A stretch of DNA of 64,000 bases from Epiperipatus broadwayi. Its lineage: Eukaryota > Animalia > Onychophora. The position numbers and the translations under genes are program-made. Location: contig JAQFVV010000003.1 of assembly GCA_028023455.1 (NCBI GenBank), positions 22,382,001 through 22,446,000 of the forward strand, given 5' to 3'. Under the pieces are notes generated by a model, which worked only from the letters and a program-made list of their open reading frames with translations, made no database searches and was not told the DNA's origin. Shown one piece after another: positions 12,601 to 26,222 of the stretch. Position 1 is the stretch's first letter. Every line of letters begins with the position of its first letter.

Positions 12601-12738
12601 ATTATCAACAAAATTTTTATTATAAACAAAATAATGTTAATATTATTATGGTGTGGAATTAAATACATGTTACAATAATAAAATACAAAATTTGAATAGC
12701 TGCATGAACTAAGGATTTAAAATTGAATTTAAATAAAC

Positions 12739-13132
12739 CAGGGGTCCCCAACCTTTTTGCACTTAAGAGCACATTCTATAATACCGGCCAGGTGGCGGGC
12801 ACCATTTATTTTTTTCAACCAGATGGCGGGCACCATTTATTTTTTCAATGTAAATTTATAGTTGGATATTGTTAATAATACACATAATGTACAAAAAAAT
12901 ATTTATTTCAAAAATAAAATTTTAACATATAATTAACGTTTATTTTTACGCTGTAAAAGTACAGTTGCCCTACAATTTGATTACAATATAATACAATAAT
13001 TTATAAGAAATTTTAAAAATTAAATTTATTTGTAACAGATAAATAATTTTTATCATTTCGGATAGCGCCGGGCGCACGTAAAATGGTCTGCAGGTGTCAT
13101 GGTGCCCATGGGCATAGGGTTGAGGACCCCTG
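12739..13132. mobile_element. Non-autonomous hAT element (MITE), 394 bp
   Basis: 15-bp TIRs CAGGGGTCC(C/T)CAACC with one mismatch. Exact 8-bp TSD AAATAAAC at 12731-12738 and 13133-13140. Confidence 0.95.
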
Positions 13133-13949
13133 AAATAAACCCTTAAATATTTATTTGAAAGTATTTAATGTATTTTATAAACTGAATTTTATTCTCTTAC
13201 AGTAAATTGGTGGGGAAAAAACAAAAGATGGATAGAAAAAAATGCCTAACATCTTTTGCTGCACAATTTTATTAAGAAAAAATGAATTAAATTTCAAATC
13301 TATATTAAAAGTATGACAATAAAGTAAAATAACTATCTTGTTTTGATAATATTTCATCAACTTCAACTTCTAGATATGTTCTCTAAAAAAATGAAGATCT
13401 TAAAATCAAAAACATTCAAAAAATAGTATACTTTGATTTCTGTGAGTTATTGCTGCTTCCTAATTTGTGAAATATAAATCATGATGATAATATGCACAAG
13501 GAAAACATTTTTTTCATCATAACTTAATTCAAAACTTTATGCAATTAATTAAAAATTTGGAACATTTACTTGACTGAAAATAGATGCTAATATTATTTAT
13601 CTACTGGGCATGCCAAGTCAGTACTCAATATAAATTCACAAAAATGCTTTTATATAATGGTTCTGAATCATTTTCAATTTTTTTAAAAATAAAAAACTTA
13701 ATTGTGAAAAACAGTCCAGACAACATTGTATATCATACATGTTTTTTATCACTTCCTCTAGGGAACAAGAATACAGGAGAAAAAAACATTAACGAGTTTT
13801 AACATTTTGTTGCTAATTTTATCAGAATTTTTTTTAGTAATTTCACATTGTTGAATTTTTATAACTGTAACCTCTGGTTAAAATTATAATCATTATTATA
13901 AATTTAGGGCTTTCAGAAATAAAATAAATATAGATAGTTTTGTTGGTAC

Positions 13950-14480
13950 TTGATATAACTATATTTTTAAGTTGTCTATGGTAAATCTAGAAGATTTGAT
14001 TTCTTTCTTGCATAATTGATCCCCAATATAGGTAGAATATTATATGAATTTCCAGAAAGATTTCCTAATAATTCTGATTCCTCAAATCCATCATTATGCT
14101 AAATTCTCAATTTTACACTTAGATAGACAATTTTACAATCAGGCCAGTGCATAGTTAAGATTAATGTGTCAGGCAGATATCAGTCTCTTCCAGCTAGAAC
14201 CTTGAAAGTAATGGTCTGCACATTTCTAGAAGCTTCTAGCTAAATATCCTGTAGGTCCTAATAATTTCAACAAAAAATTCCATAGTTTTGGTTAACAAAT
14301 ATACTAAAAAAAGTACTTTTCTAATTTGAGTTCAGTATTAGAATCAGATGGAAATCTTAAGACCGCTGTCCTTATATTCTTTTTCACTTTTAGTTTCAAT
14401 TTCATTTATGCTAAATGATTTGGTTTGACCTCAATTCTTGATATCAACTGTTCTCCAATTACCTAGCAATTAATTCCAAA
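13950..14480 (-). pseudogene. Decayed non-LTR retrotransposon RT remnant
   Basis: Minus-strand YLYWGSIMQE resembles the YLGSII motif of RTE/CR1-type RTs. Many stop codons; boundaries approximate. Confidence 0.35.
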
Positions 14481-14759
14481 TGTTTGAAAATTATTTTCCT
14501 TCTGCTTTTATAAATGAAACCATCTGTTGACGAAAAAATATGTTTTTCTAATTCATCTCACAGTCATTCCATTTGATCAGGGTATTGTGATAAGAGCTAT
14601 ACTGATAAATTCTTTAATGTTGTTTACCAAATAACTTAATTACATCATTCTATTAAATCAACATGTTGATTTGTTTACAAAAGATTTGCTTTTTTCATAT
14701 CAAACAATTTTTACAAAAATAAAAGGATATATTTATACACTTAAAAACAATTCTGAATA

Positions 14760-14895
14760 TTAAACATGTCATGAACACCATTTCCTATGCTTACACAAGC
14801 TATTAAAACAAGGCCAAATTCTGTATACAGTAGTGCCATCCAGTGCAAACCAGAGTAATCAATGAATGAAAGAAGATTTGTGCATAAAATCCATA
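14760..14895 (-). mobile_element. Diverged fragment of family A (no HHR retained)
   Basis: cagtagtgccatccagtgcaaaccagagtaatcaatg...gtgcataaaatcc matches the family A unit. Confidence 0.75.
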
Positions 14896-16099
14896 TTGTA
14901 ACAGGCACACACGCTGTTACATTTTTTTTTTTTTCAAAAATTAGACATTAAAAATAAAAGTTCACAAATAAAAACTTTTTTATTAAGTTTTAAAAATTGA
15001 AAATTAATTCATCTTAAACTCATATATATAAAATAACACAGATGAAAAATTATTAAAAGAAAATTTTAAAAAAAAAAAGGAAAAAGTTTTAAGACTAAAT
15101 TTTCAACAAAAACTTAAAGATTTAAAGATAAAAATATATCTTTAAGAACGTACAAAATTAATTAATTCTATTGTATAAAATGGAAATCATTGTTTTAATT
15201 AGTAAAAGTAAACTAGCCCTTGGGCATTCCAAAATTTATAAGTAAAGGTCAGATAGGAAAAAAACAATAGGAGCATAATAACCAATGAAAGAAATCCCTC
15301 ATAAAACGGACCTCAACGAAAGGATCATCATCATTATGATGTAATGTCCACTTGATCCAAAAGTTTAATATAAAAGGAAAAGTTTGGAAATAAATAAAGG
15401 GAAGATAAAGATGGTGATATGTGTTAAGTCGGAGAGAGTTGAAGGAGAAGGGATTGAAAAATGCACTTTCAATTCCTTCAGTTGTTCTAAAAAATGAAAC
15501 ATTGTTTTTCCATATTGCGGACTATAGGACATCTGGGCCCAGCAATAAAATACCAGTTACAATAAAGGACCAATGGCTAACTGCATACCAATTTTCTCAG
15601 GACTTTGTGGGAATTAACACCTTCTAAATTACAAGCAATTAGAAACTACGGACTTTTTTAAAACAGTATTAACTATATAGCTAAAGTACATTTTCAAAAC
15701 AGTAAGAACTTTAATTCCAAAACCTTTTCAATATTTAATAGAAATAGAATCCTATCTGACCAACGTAAATTATTATTAATAATTAATTTTATTTGATGTA
15801 TTTTTTAAAAAAATCATTTCCATTATTTTTCCATTCTTTTAAGTTTTTATTATGATTTTTTTTTTGTTAAACAATTTTTAATAAATTTAAATTTAAGTTG
15901 GGCATGAAGGGCTGATAGATTTGTAAAATTATATTAGTTTAATTAAGGGAGGGTTGATCTTGCGTTATTTGTTTCATAGTTAAATTGGGTTAATCGTTTG
16001 GATGTATTGGTGCAATTAGTAAATGTAGTATGAAGGTCCGCTATGTGCAGGATCACATGATACGCCACACTTGGGCAAAATAACTCCCATTTCGTACTG

Positions 16100-16466
16100 A
16101 CCATCAGAAGCAGACATATTCCCTGCTCTTTGGATCACCCCTTTAGCCTATGGAATGGGATAGTAAGATGGCAAAAAGGACCGCAATCCCTTCCTATGGA
16201 GTTTTTTTTTGTTCTTGTTCTTCTCGCCAGACAGATATAACATTCCTGTACTGGACAAGAGACAATTTCTTCTCTATAACCATGCTGTTCAGATGTGCAT
16301 TCCTGACAGTATGGTATTGTGCTGTCATATTCATGCTGCATTGAATACATCGATATATCAGATAGATTGGCGTTGGTTTGACTGTGAACTTTTGGCCCAA
16401 GGTTAAATCAGGGATAGAATATTTTCTTTTCAAATGCAATCTATGTAGTCTATTCATACTTGACAT
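16100..16466 (-). pseudogene. Possible Merlin/IS1016-like (ISXO2-type DDE) transposase C-terminal remnant
   Basis: IYRCIQ..YHTVRNAH..ISVWREEQEQKK and, after a frameshift in an A-run, LHRKGLRSFLPSYY loosely recall AYxxL..HxTVNHS..IExxW..G..L.SYL. No TIRs found. Confidence 0.25.
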
Positions 16467-17779
16467 TAATAAAATATTAAATTCATCTGTGTGAACGTCT
16501 AAAAAAAGTTAAATTGTAAATTAAAATCTAAAGTAAAGTTATAATGTTTTATAAAAAAAATTCAAGTAAACATACTAAAATAATAATGCTAAATTTTATA
16601 TATGTTAAATAAATGTTTGTGTGTGTTATTACTGGCAGTGGCTTCTTTTTTTTTTAATATTGAAAATATATTTTAATAAGAAAGTATACATTATCTCTGC
16701 TGCTCCGCAAGCTAGTGACTGGGGCTGATGGTCGGAATAAAACATATATGTAAAAATCAAATCTTAACTTATGTATCTGCCTACTATATAAATTTTCCAG
16801 ATTCAAATAGCCTGGTGGTACCCTATACGGCAGATACGCTAAGACCATATTCTCCCCGACTGTTATAATATCTAGTGCCTACTCATCGAATTCTTAAGAT
16901 TTAGTGTGTTCTGGTATTTTTACAACTACAAATGTACTCCTTTATACATATGTTTGAAAATATGTACTTACACAAACTGAACTTTATATTGTACTAGATG
17001 CATTCAGAAGAGAAACCAGCATACTCCATTTTCTTGGTTTAACTGGGCTTAAAACCTTATTTATCATAATTTTATATTGTAAATATTATGTGAACGGACT
17101 GGCACTTCGAGCAGAGGGGAGAATACCATCGATAGCAGAGCTATCAACAATACCCACGATCAGACAAAGCTATGCAACTCATAACACGATCACATTTCCA
17201 GACCATGGCCCACCACAACTTCTAGATTCAAACCCCAATTATCCAAGCACTTTATTTGTTTTGAGGTAAAAGTCAGGTGCTAGCTAGTTATGAGAACTAA
17301 TGTGTTTGGACAGTAGGCCCATAATCCAGCACTTGAAATATCCCATGTCTAGCATAATCAAAAGAATAATCTAACACATTATTGCTTTAATTAGTGATAA
17401 AGAATTGACAGACAAATATTGAATTTTAAAGATAATTTATTTTTAAATAAGTACTTATTATCCTAATTTTAACTAGTTTTATAGAAACTTAATTAAATGA
17501 AACAATGACTTATCATATCTCAGGCTCACACATATACAATAGCAATATAATATAACAAAAAATATTAAATAATACAAGACATTTTTAAAAAAATTCATGA
17601 AATCAATATAAAATATCATAAAGAATTCACATACATGACATTTCAAAATATGAACATCAATAGTTCTTTATGCATGCTATAGAATTCATTATTAATTGAC
17701 TCTGGAAGGCTTAAAATTATTGCAATGGCTACATTAATTATAAATGGAAATAAGAAAATGTTATTTGTTACCTAGGATT

Positions 17780-18010
17780 TTAGAATGTGGATACTTCTTG
17801 CTGTTTGCTGCTTCATATGAAAATCTTTCCAACCGGTTAGATTTGAGATTTTCTGGAAGTTTAATGCTTATTATTCTGTGGCATTATTCTTTGAGATAGC
17901 TAAACATTCCTAGCAATTTTTTAAGTTGTTAAGCAGGCATCACTTTTACCGGACAAATTGCTGTTTCATCGGACTCAGGCTTGAAAGTCATGATTCCTGT
18001 GGCTGTTACC
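17780..18010 (-). pseudogene. Possible Ty3/gypsy pol remnant
   Basis: QLKKLLGMFSYLKE resembles the ELRSFLGMxxYYRKF motif after the RT domain. One motif only. Confidence 0.25.
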
Positions 18011-19727
18011 ACTGCATTGTCTTGTCAAACACTGATTAACAAACTGATAGACTGAATTCTTAGACTGAACTGAACTGATTGCGATCTCAACTTCTGATTA
18101 ATGAAAAGCCTGACTATTTATATGATGACCTGTTGTCACTTTGGTAATTGGTTTTTATGTCCACCAGCTGTATTTGTTGTTGAGATTCTTCCAGTTTTTG
18201 AATACATTTCTTAGATAAGCTTTTGATTACGTGTTTTCATTTCGTAGTCATTGCAAATTTGTTTTGTGGATTTTTAATTCGTAGCCATTGCAAATTCTGT
18301 TTATATCATTTATGAGCATATATAATATTTAAATCTTTGAAAGAATTCCAATCACATGCTTTCATTTGTTTTTCTTTTCAATATTTTTTAACATGCACAC
18401 ATTTATCACTCGTTATTTACACACATGTATATTTTAAAATCAATTCATTATTTAGTTTTTTAAAGTTACTTTCCTTTTTCTTTCTTTAAACAAAAAGAGA
18501 GATATTTTTAATTTGTATAAAAGATTTATATTTTAAGCTTTTAGTTTTAAGTTATATTTTCTATCTCCTTCCAATTAATTAATTGTAACTTTTATTTCAA
18601 ACTACTAATAATAGAAAAAAAACTCTTTAGACTTTTATTCTATTTTCTTTTATTGAACTGTATTTTATTTAGACTACTAAAAACTCTTTAGATTTTTATA
18701 AACAACAATCTCTTAAACTGAAAGCTTCACATTATTTATGATAAAATTATTTTAATAATTTTTTAAACAAAAATTTCACATGGATCACTTTTTTTATAAG
18801 CGGTACAATATAGTAAACCTCTTATTATTCACAAATAACACCCCTCCCCCTACTATATTTTTGATCCAGCAGTATTTCTAAGAACATATTTTAAAAAATA
18901 AAATACATTTAGTTGTTATTTTTTCTGACTTTTAAACAAACTTGAATGGTTTTGATAATAGCCAATAATTCTCTTTTGTCACAAGCTAACACTTTAATAA
19001 ATATTGCAAATTACCATACCATATAAGCCATTGAAATAGTTTATATTCATACAATGTTTTATATATATATACGCACACACATACACACGGAAAATATAAT
19101 ATGTATCATTTACATTACTTTTTTATTTTATTTGAATCATTTTAAAATCAAGACACCACTATATTATAATCTTGATTTTATTTGTTTAACTAATTTATTT
19201 TGAATGCTTTTTTAATGCATAGAATAGAATCATGATTCCATTCTTAATAATCAAAAATATATGAAAGTTATTTTAAATAGTTTAAAAATGACTTAAAAGA
19301 TATAATAAGTATATGACATGAATCAAAAACAAAAAGCGTAGTTTCTAACAGCATGGATTTATTTGTCCCATCATCTTATCAATCTCTCAAAAGTAGAAAT
19401 AAAGAACTCTTTCATTGGTTGATCCATTATCTGTGCACCCTTTTTTTATCCATCTCTTTATTCTCATATTCAGTTATGAATAGAAAATATTATTTGCTTT
19501 TAAACAATGAATAAATACCTAATGTAAAATAGCAACTCTTTAGATAAATTCAGAGAAGGACATTTGGACAGTATTAATGTAGCTGTGAAACTTTCACTTA
19601 AGACCTTGTTTGGTTTTTCATCATATATTTATATCAATACTATCTATATTCTTTTTAGTTAATAATATTTAATTATATATTCTACAAAATATATAATAAT
19701 TAACTAATTACAAGTGTTAATTATTTC

Positions 19728-20675
19728 TGTTGGGTCCTGAGGGTCTTTGAAGACCAGTCAGGGAGCTAAATAAATAAACAATATACTTTGAAATGTATAT
19801 ATAACAATATTTATTTAATTATAATATAGTAAAAACAACATAAAAAGGTAATAGTCCATTGATATTCATAAGCTATTTATTTTCCTTGGGTGAAAATAGT
19901 CTTCTTTCACACCAGGAGTAATCCAGTTATTATATTTGTGCTTTTGAATCAAAAGTCTCTTGAAAAACAAATAAGCATATATAATTTCCATATAAAATAA
20001 ATCTATTAAGAGTTCACAATATCAGTGCTTATCAGCACTCACAATTTATACATTTGTATTAATTATCTCCACTACCATATCGTTTCTCTAATGTTTGGTT
20101 AAGTTTCTGTTAATTACCCTTTACTGGTAATTACCATTTCAATACACATAATAATGACTATGAATATGAAGTAAACATATTCCGAAAACACTAAGCTAAA
20201 TGTTGTTATTTGTGAAATTTTTTATTAACTTCACCTATATACATTTAAAGCATATTATAAATAATACACAAATAAGTAACTGCTTCTTGCTTGGCACTAT
20301 TCCATTTTAGACTTAATCATTGCTAGTCGGTCTATTAGTCTATGACTGAGCCACCTTTTGTTACTGATCTGTTATCACTTCAAATCCACACTAATTTTAA
20401 TCCAGTCTAACCATTTTAGTTGCTTCCTCCGGTTTCTTCGTTTACTGGGGGGGGGGGGTAAATATACACACGATTTAATTTGTATGCATCTAGCTTTAAT
20501 TGCACACAAATTCTATTCTAATTAAGTATATATTTGGGACGATCTCCCGAGTGAATTTCTAGAATAAATTTTCTCCAATAAAGAGAATGTTATTAAAGTG
20601 AAGAAATCTCTACATACTTACAAAAATAAATTATCTTTTATTTACATATATGGTTTTATATGTGCAGACATTTCA
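19728..20675 (-). repeat. 3' LTR (948 bp)
   Basis: Aligns with ~23191-24018. Preceded on the minus strand by PPT GAGTAGGGAGAGAAG (20676-20690). Confidence 0.85.
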
Positions 20676-21121
20676 CTTCTCTCCCTACTCTAGAAATACT
20701 GACTTAATTTATCACTATATCTTTAAACTTGTTAGGTGGTTTACTTTTACATAGAGTTTTAGGAATAACTTTCTTGTCTTCTTCATTTTTCTCCTGTGCA
20801 AACACTTTTTTTTTTAAATGTACTTTAACTTAGTTTGAATCAGTAATTAAATCCTCCAATAAAAAATCTTGATTCATCCTCTAAGGATTTACTTAAATGA
20901 ATATCTGGAAAGTATCCTTGTAATTAATTTTTAACTTGGATTAAAGTTTATATTTGTGCTAGAGAAAATCTCTATTTTAATAAATGATTACGTGTTTATC
21001 AAAAAGTTGACGTAAAAGTTGGGAGAGGAGTAAATTGACGCTTAAAAATAAAAATGAGACAATTTGCTCTACATAAATACTCTTCATGTAATAAAGATGT
21101 ATATGAGAGATGATGACCTGG

Positions 21122-21163
21122 CCCAACTGATGAGTGCTGATTCAGCACGAAATACATCTTGGA
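21122..21163 (+). ncRNA. Type I hammerhead ribozyme, family B; predicted cleavage 3' of C21158
   Basis: CCCAA CUGAUGA GUGCUGA U UCAGCAC GAAA UACA UC UUGG. 7-bp stem II. Stem III palindrome broken (AUACAU). Confidence 0.85.
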
Positions 21164-21474
21164 GGGGGGGGGATATGGAAGTTGTCTATCTATAAAAAAG
21201 ATATTACGCATGGGAGAAAGAGAAACGTAAATAGCCATGTGTGTGACGAAAATCAGATATATTAATCTTTAACTTGGATTAAAGTTTATATCTATGCTAG
21301 AGAAAATCACTAGTCTAATAAATGATTAGTAATAATCATTACGTGTTTATCAAAAAGCTGATAACGTAAAAGTTGGGAGAGGAGTAAATTGACGCTTGAA
21401 AATAAAAAAATGAGACAATTTGCTCTACATAAATACTCATGTAATAAAGATGTATATGAGAGATGATGACTAGA

Positions 21475-21516
21475 CTCAACTGATGAGTGCTAGTTCAGAA
21501 CGAAATGCATCTTGGG
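21475..21516 (+). ncRNA. Type I hammerhead ribozyme, family B; predicted cleavage 3' of C21511
   Basis: CUCAA CUGAUGA GUGCU AGUUC AGAAC GAAA UGCA UC UUGGG. Palindromic AUGCAU stem III. Confidence 0.85.
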
Positions 21517-22729
21517 GGTTATTTGTATTTTATTGTATCTTTATTTATATGAAATTATTTATGAAATAAAAAAGAGTGGAGAAATATGGAAGTTGTCTAT
21601 CTATAGAAAAATTATGGTGAAGGTGTTTAACATGTCTTTTCAATTCTCACCTGTTCTGTAATTTTACCATTTTTATATCCTTCTATATTACTTTCCCAAT
21701 TTTGCCAGGAGTCGATTTACAATTAAGTAAGTTGCATATCCACAATTTTTCTCCTACTAGGAACTTATCTCAATTTTGAACTTTATCATTTTTACCAATA
21801 GGTGGTATTAGCTTTGGTAATTCGAGTCCATTTTTACCAATAGGTAGTACTAGCTTTTTTAATTGAGTATGAGGAGTCCTAGATTTTCTCCCGACCTAAT
21901 TTGCTATAGTTACAGTTCTAGAGTTTAACAAGTTTTTACATTTCCCAGTGACTGGAACCAATTTCTTCCTAACAATAAATTGAATTTTTTTATTTACTAC
22001 ATAAAATGTGTCATTTCATAGTAGAAATTAATTTCCTCACATATCAATTTGTCATTTATAACTTTATCCATCACATCTATATTTTGAAGTGTTATCTTCC
22101 TTTTATCTTTTTTACTAATTTTAATCCAATCTCTGTGAGATATCATTGACAGATCAGCTCTAATATTCATTGCCATTTTTATTGTTTGACTACAAATAAC
22201 TGCATCTAAATATGTAGTTCATTTCTCTGTCATTCAATCTCTTAATCTTCCTTCAGATTTACGGTCCTCTTTTATGAAATTAGTAGCTCTACTGTCCCCA
22301 AAATGACAGACAGTTGCTAAATAAACTTTTTTTTACCACATTTTCTACAATTTTTATTTCTATATTTACACTTATTTTTAAAATGTCTGGGTTTGCCACA
22401 ACAATAGCACTTTTTCTCTTTTCTATCACTACAGAGCTCTGTAATAAGTTTTGTTATATTTTGATTTATTATCAAAATTTTTCCCAACTGTCATGCCTCT
22501 ATAAACTCCGTTGCATTATTTTGTACAATCTTTGGTGCAATACATTTCTCTACAGTTCTTTTATAACTTAGATCAGGTTGCTCAACACTTTTAAGAAATT
22601 TTCATCCTCTATGTAGTATAGAAGTTGTTTCAATAATACATCATTTATTTCCAAACCAAAATCACAGTGTTTAGACATCTTCCTTAGAGCTAAATCATAG
22701 TCCATGTATTTTTCTTGTTGAAGTTGTTT

Positions 22730-22915
22730 TCAATTTCTCAATCTCAGCTGTGCTACACATTTCGATACTGTCAGAGCAAAATATCCATTTAAAATTTCTA
22801 CAATTTCATTATAAGAAAGCTCTTCTGGATGGTTGGGATCAGTAAGTCTATTTGTAAGCTGTATAACACCTTGACCTGCAAAAAAAGAGAAGGACCGGCA
22901 CTTTGAGACATTCAT
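22730..22915 (-). pseudogene. Gypsy-type gag remnant
   Basis: PEELSYNEIVEILNGYF..VAQLRL resembles the ELTYEELVxxLKxHF..ERFKF pattern of gypsy gag. Lies just inside the 5' LTR. Confidence 0.55.
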
Positions 22916-23190
22916 CTTCCACTTTATTTATAAACATATAGTACCCCATATGTTTTACATAACTTTTGCATGAGTCCGTATTAGGTACATCGAACTTATG
23001 GATTTCACAACTTAGTGCCACCATATTTTATTATTCAAAATAGATGTTATCCTGCATCACCAGCTATTTTTATCCTTTTAATTTTTCTGATTCCATCAAA
23101 TATTGACATGTATCACTCATTACACTCCGTTTACATATTGTAAATTCTATCCTGTTGAATCTTGTAGCAATCCTGTGATTACTGCATCAA

Positions 23191-24018
23191 TGGCTGTGTC
23201 CTGAGGGTTTCTGAAGACCAGACAGGGAGCTAAATAAATAAACAATATACTTCAAAATGTATATATAACAAGATTTATTTAATAACAGTAATAATGTAGT
23301 AAAAACAACATAAAAAGATAATAGTCCATTAATATTCATATGCTATTTATTTTACTGGGTGAAAATAGATTTCTTTCATACCGGGAGTAATCCAGTTATT
23401 ATGTGTGCGTTTGAATCAAGTCTGAAAGACAAATAAGAATATATAATTTCAGTATAGAATAAATCTATTAAAATGAGCAATATCAGGACTTACATAGGCA
23501 CGCCCAATTTATACGTTTGCAACTATCCCTGCTATCAACTTCTCTCTCTCTTTCTCTCTCTGCTATTTAGTTAAGCTTCTGTTAATTACCCATTGCTGGT
23601 AATAACCTTTTCAATACACAAACAAGTAAATGCTTCTTTATTATCGCTATTCCATTTTAGACTTAAGCATTTCTAGTGTATCTACTAGTCTATCATTGAG
23701 CCACTCTTTACTGCTGATTTATAATCACTTCAAATCTACACTAATTTTAATCCAATCTAATTATTTTAGCTGCTTTATCTTTTTTTTTCAATTACCCGAG
23801 GATAAATATATACGATCTAATTCGTATGCAATTAGTTTTATTTGCATACAAATTCTATTTTAATTAAATATATACTTTGGGACGATCTCTCCAGCGAATT
23901 TCTTGAGTAGTTTTTTCCAATAAAGGGAATGTTATTAAAGTGAAGAAATCCGTGCGTATTTACAAAAATAAATAATCTTTTATTTACATATACGGTTTTA
24001 TAAAGCGCAGACATTTCA
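23191..24018 (-). repeat. 5' LTR
   Basis: Aligns with 19728-20675 with many substitutions and indels. The inner boundary is approximate. Confidence 0.8.
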
Positions 24019-25323
24019 ATTTCTTAATCAATATTTTTGTTCCAGTCAATAATTATATGATAATAAATAATTGGACAAAGAAATATATTTAAATAAACTG
24101 ATTTTTAACGGTTATTAGTATAAATAAAAAAAATTGCTATATTTATGTGGGCAATAGGTGGCACTTGAGCAATTAATGAGAGGCTATTGCCAAAACATAT
24201 ACATATTGTAAAATGATTAGTTAATTTTTTTACGCTGTATGACAATTAAACAGTAATTGTTTCAAGCACTACGATTGGAATTCATATATAACCAAGTTTG
24301 TTTATATGTGTGTGTGCAACTATAACAATGTGTGCATATTACAGAAAAAAGATATTAATCTAACATTACATTATTTTATCTGAACTGTTTAACTTTCTAT
24401 TGAACAATAAAAAAAAAAAACATTGTAGGTGTGCAATGCCTAGCTTTGAAATAATAATAATAAAAAAAACAATATAGAAATACTTTCAGTGCTAAAATTT
24501 CATACGATCTGAGCTATAAATGATGTTTTTTTAATTTTATTTACAAGACAAAAAAAGCAGAGAAAATTCAAACAAATTCAATAAAAACAATAATATATCA
24601 GAAAAAAAAAATCATTAGGAATATTTAATCGAATTAATATATCAAATTAAGAGATTAACAAATCAATGGTTAAGCTGTCCAAAATTCTACAGTTAATTTC
24701 ATCTATTTTATTTTCATTTCTATCAAATAAATATCCAAAAAGAAACACACTGAAGTGTTTATGCAAAATTAATCAGAAATTATATATTGGGATATAAGCA
24801 TATATACATACTATTCATAAAGAGAAAATGTCTAGATGTACAAGGTTTTCTAGTTTTTTTGGAAATTCTTGGAGAGAATTATGAGAAAAATATCTCAACC
24901 ATTTAAAACCTTCACCAATGGGAAAGATAAACAGTCCTTTCCCTTGTCTAAAGAATGCAAACTAGAAATAGACTCATGTATATAAAAAAAAAAATTTCAT
25001 TAAATATAAAATCTTTAGCACAAAATTTGGTAACATAAAACTCCCTAATGCTTATTGTTAATGAACTTTAACGTATCAATTGTCAAATCTTTTGATAATA
25101 TTAGTAAATACAAGTCAATAAATAATTGAATGACTTATTGCTCAGAAATGTATAAAAAGTTCAAGCACTATAAGTGACAGAGTTGAACTTAGATCTTCAG
25201 ATTCCACCTCTCTACAACTGCACCAAACCATGCAGGGCAATAGCAGCCATAATGTCACAATGGTTTAAAATCTTAAAAGTATAAAAATAAACTGATGTAC
25301 TAAAACATTTATTTCAATTGTTT

Positions 25324-25486
25324 CAGACTTTCACATGACCCACTACTCTCAGTGCTATCTTATATTACCGATCCACCTGATCACACACATGTTGAAAAGA
25401 TAAATAGTCACCATCAATCAGGTGGGTCAGCAATGTAAGATGGCACTGAGAGTAGTGGGTCATGTGAAAGTCTGAGTTCGAATTCC
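25324..25486 (+). repeat. 58-bp inverted repeat overlapping a tRNA-derived SINE-like head
   Basis: Arms 25324-25381 and 25417-25474 differ at about 5 transitions. B-box-like GAGTTCGAATTCC at 25474-25486. Confidence 0.7.
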
Positions 25487-25907
25487 ACATATATTACATA
25501 TATAAATGCAGGTTTAAGCCTGTACTATGTATTCAATTGTTTTAATAAATTATCTTCAATCAAAAAAAAAAAGTGAAACAATAACTATCTGACCTAGTCT
25601 AAGTAAGCTTATTAATAAAATAACATTCTTCGAAAAATAAGGCATCACATTTATTATATTGTTTTAGATAACATCATCATAATTTTGCAAACTGTATTAA
25701 AAAATACAATAATAAAATCAACTCACATCACTGTTGGCAGTGTAAAGTAGCCTCTCTGGTATGATCAATTCCAGCAACTCATTTTTCTTGTTTATCTCAC
25801 AGCCACCCAAACAAATACCTACAAAAGAAATAATACTTAGTATATAAAAATAATGCATGCACACACACATAAAAAGATTCTCATCAATTACATACTCATA
25901 CTCACTT

Positions 25908-26222
25908 TAAACAACTAAACATCATATGACCACAATTTCTTATACTTGCTCATAACTATTATTAAAACAGACAAAACTCTCTATACAGTAGTGCCACTCA
26001 AGCCAGAGTAATCAATAGAGGATTGCATTAGATCCTAAGATCTAGGTACAGTGTTCTCAGATCCAATGTTCCTCACTGACAAAGGCAACAAGCCAGAAAC
26101 TAGTCTGGAGATATTGGATGAGTAGGCACCAGATAGGGATTTTATGCACAAATCTTCTGGCATCCATTGATTACTCTGGATTGCATTGAATGGCACTATT
26201 GTATGGAGAGTTTTGTCTGTTT
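25908..26222. mobile_element. Older family A fold-back insertion with decayed HHR
   Basis: Antisense ~25908-26016, then sense ~26017-26222. HHR at 26070-26111 reads CUGACAA. CATACTCA on both flanks. Confidence 0.8.

Larger units (their letters stand above)
20925..21606 (+). mobile_element. Family B HHR repeat, about 2 head-to-tail units, inserted inside the LTR element
   Basis: AACTTGGATTAAAGTTTATA recurs at 20933 and 21271 (338-bp spacing). One hammerhead per unit. Homologous to 48095-48562. Confidence 0.85.
19728..24018 (-). mobile_element. Internally deleted LTR retrotransposon (Ty3/gypsy-like)
   Basis: TG...CA termini. Exact 5-bp TSD ATTTC (19723-19727 and 24019-24023). Two diverged LTRs. 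Polypurine tract next to the left LTR. Gag-like remnant on the minus strand. Confidence 0.9.

Noticed and set aside
14897-18806. A single TG..CA or long-TIR element spanning this block
   Set aside because: The AT-rich ends resemble each other in composition only. No alignable terminal repeats or TSD were found.
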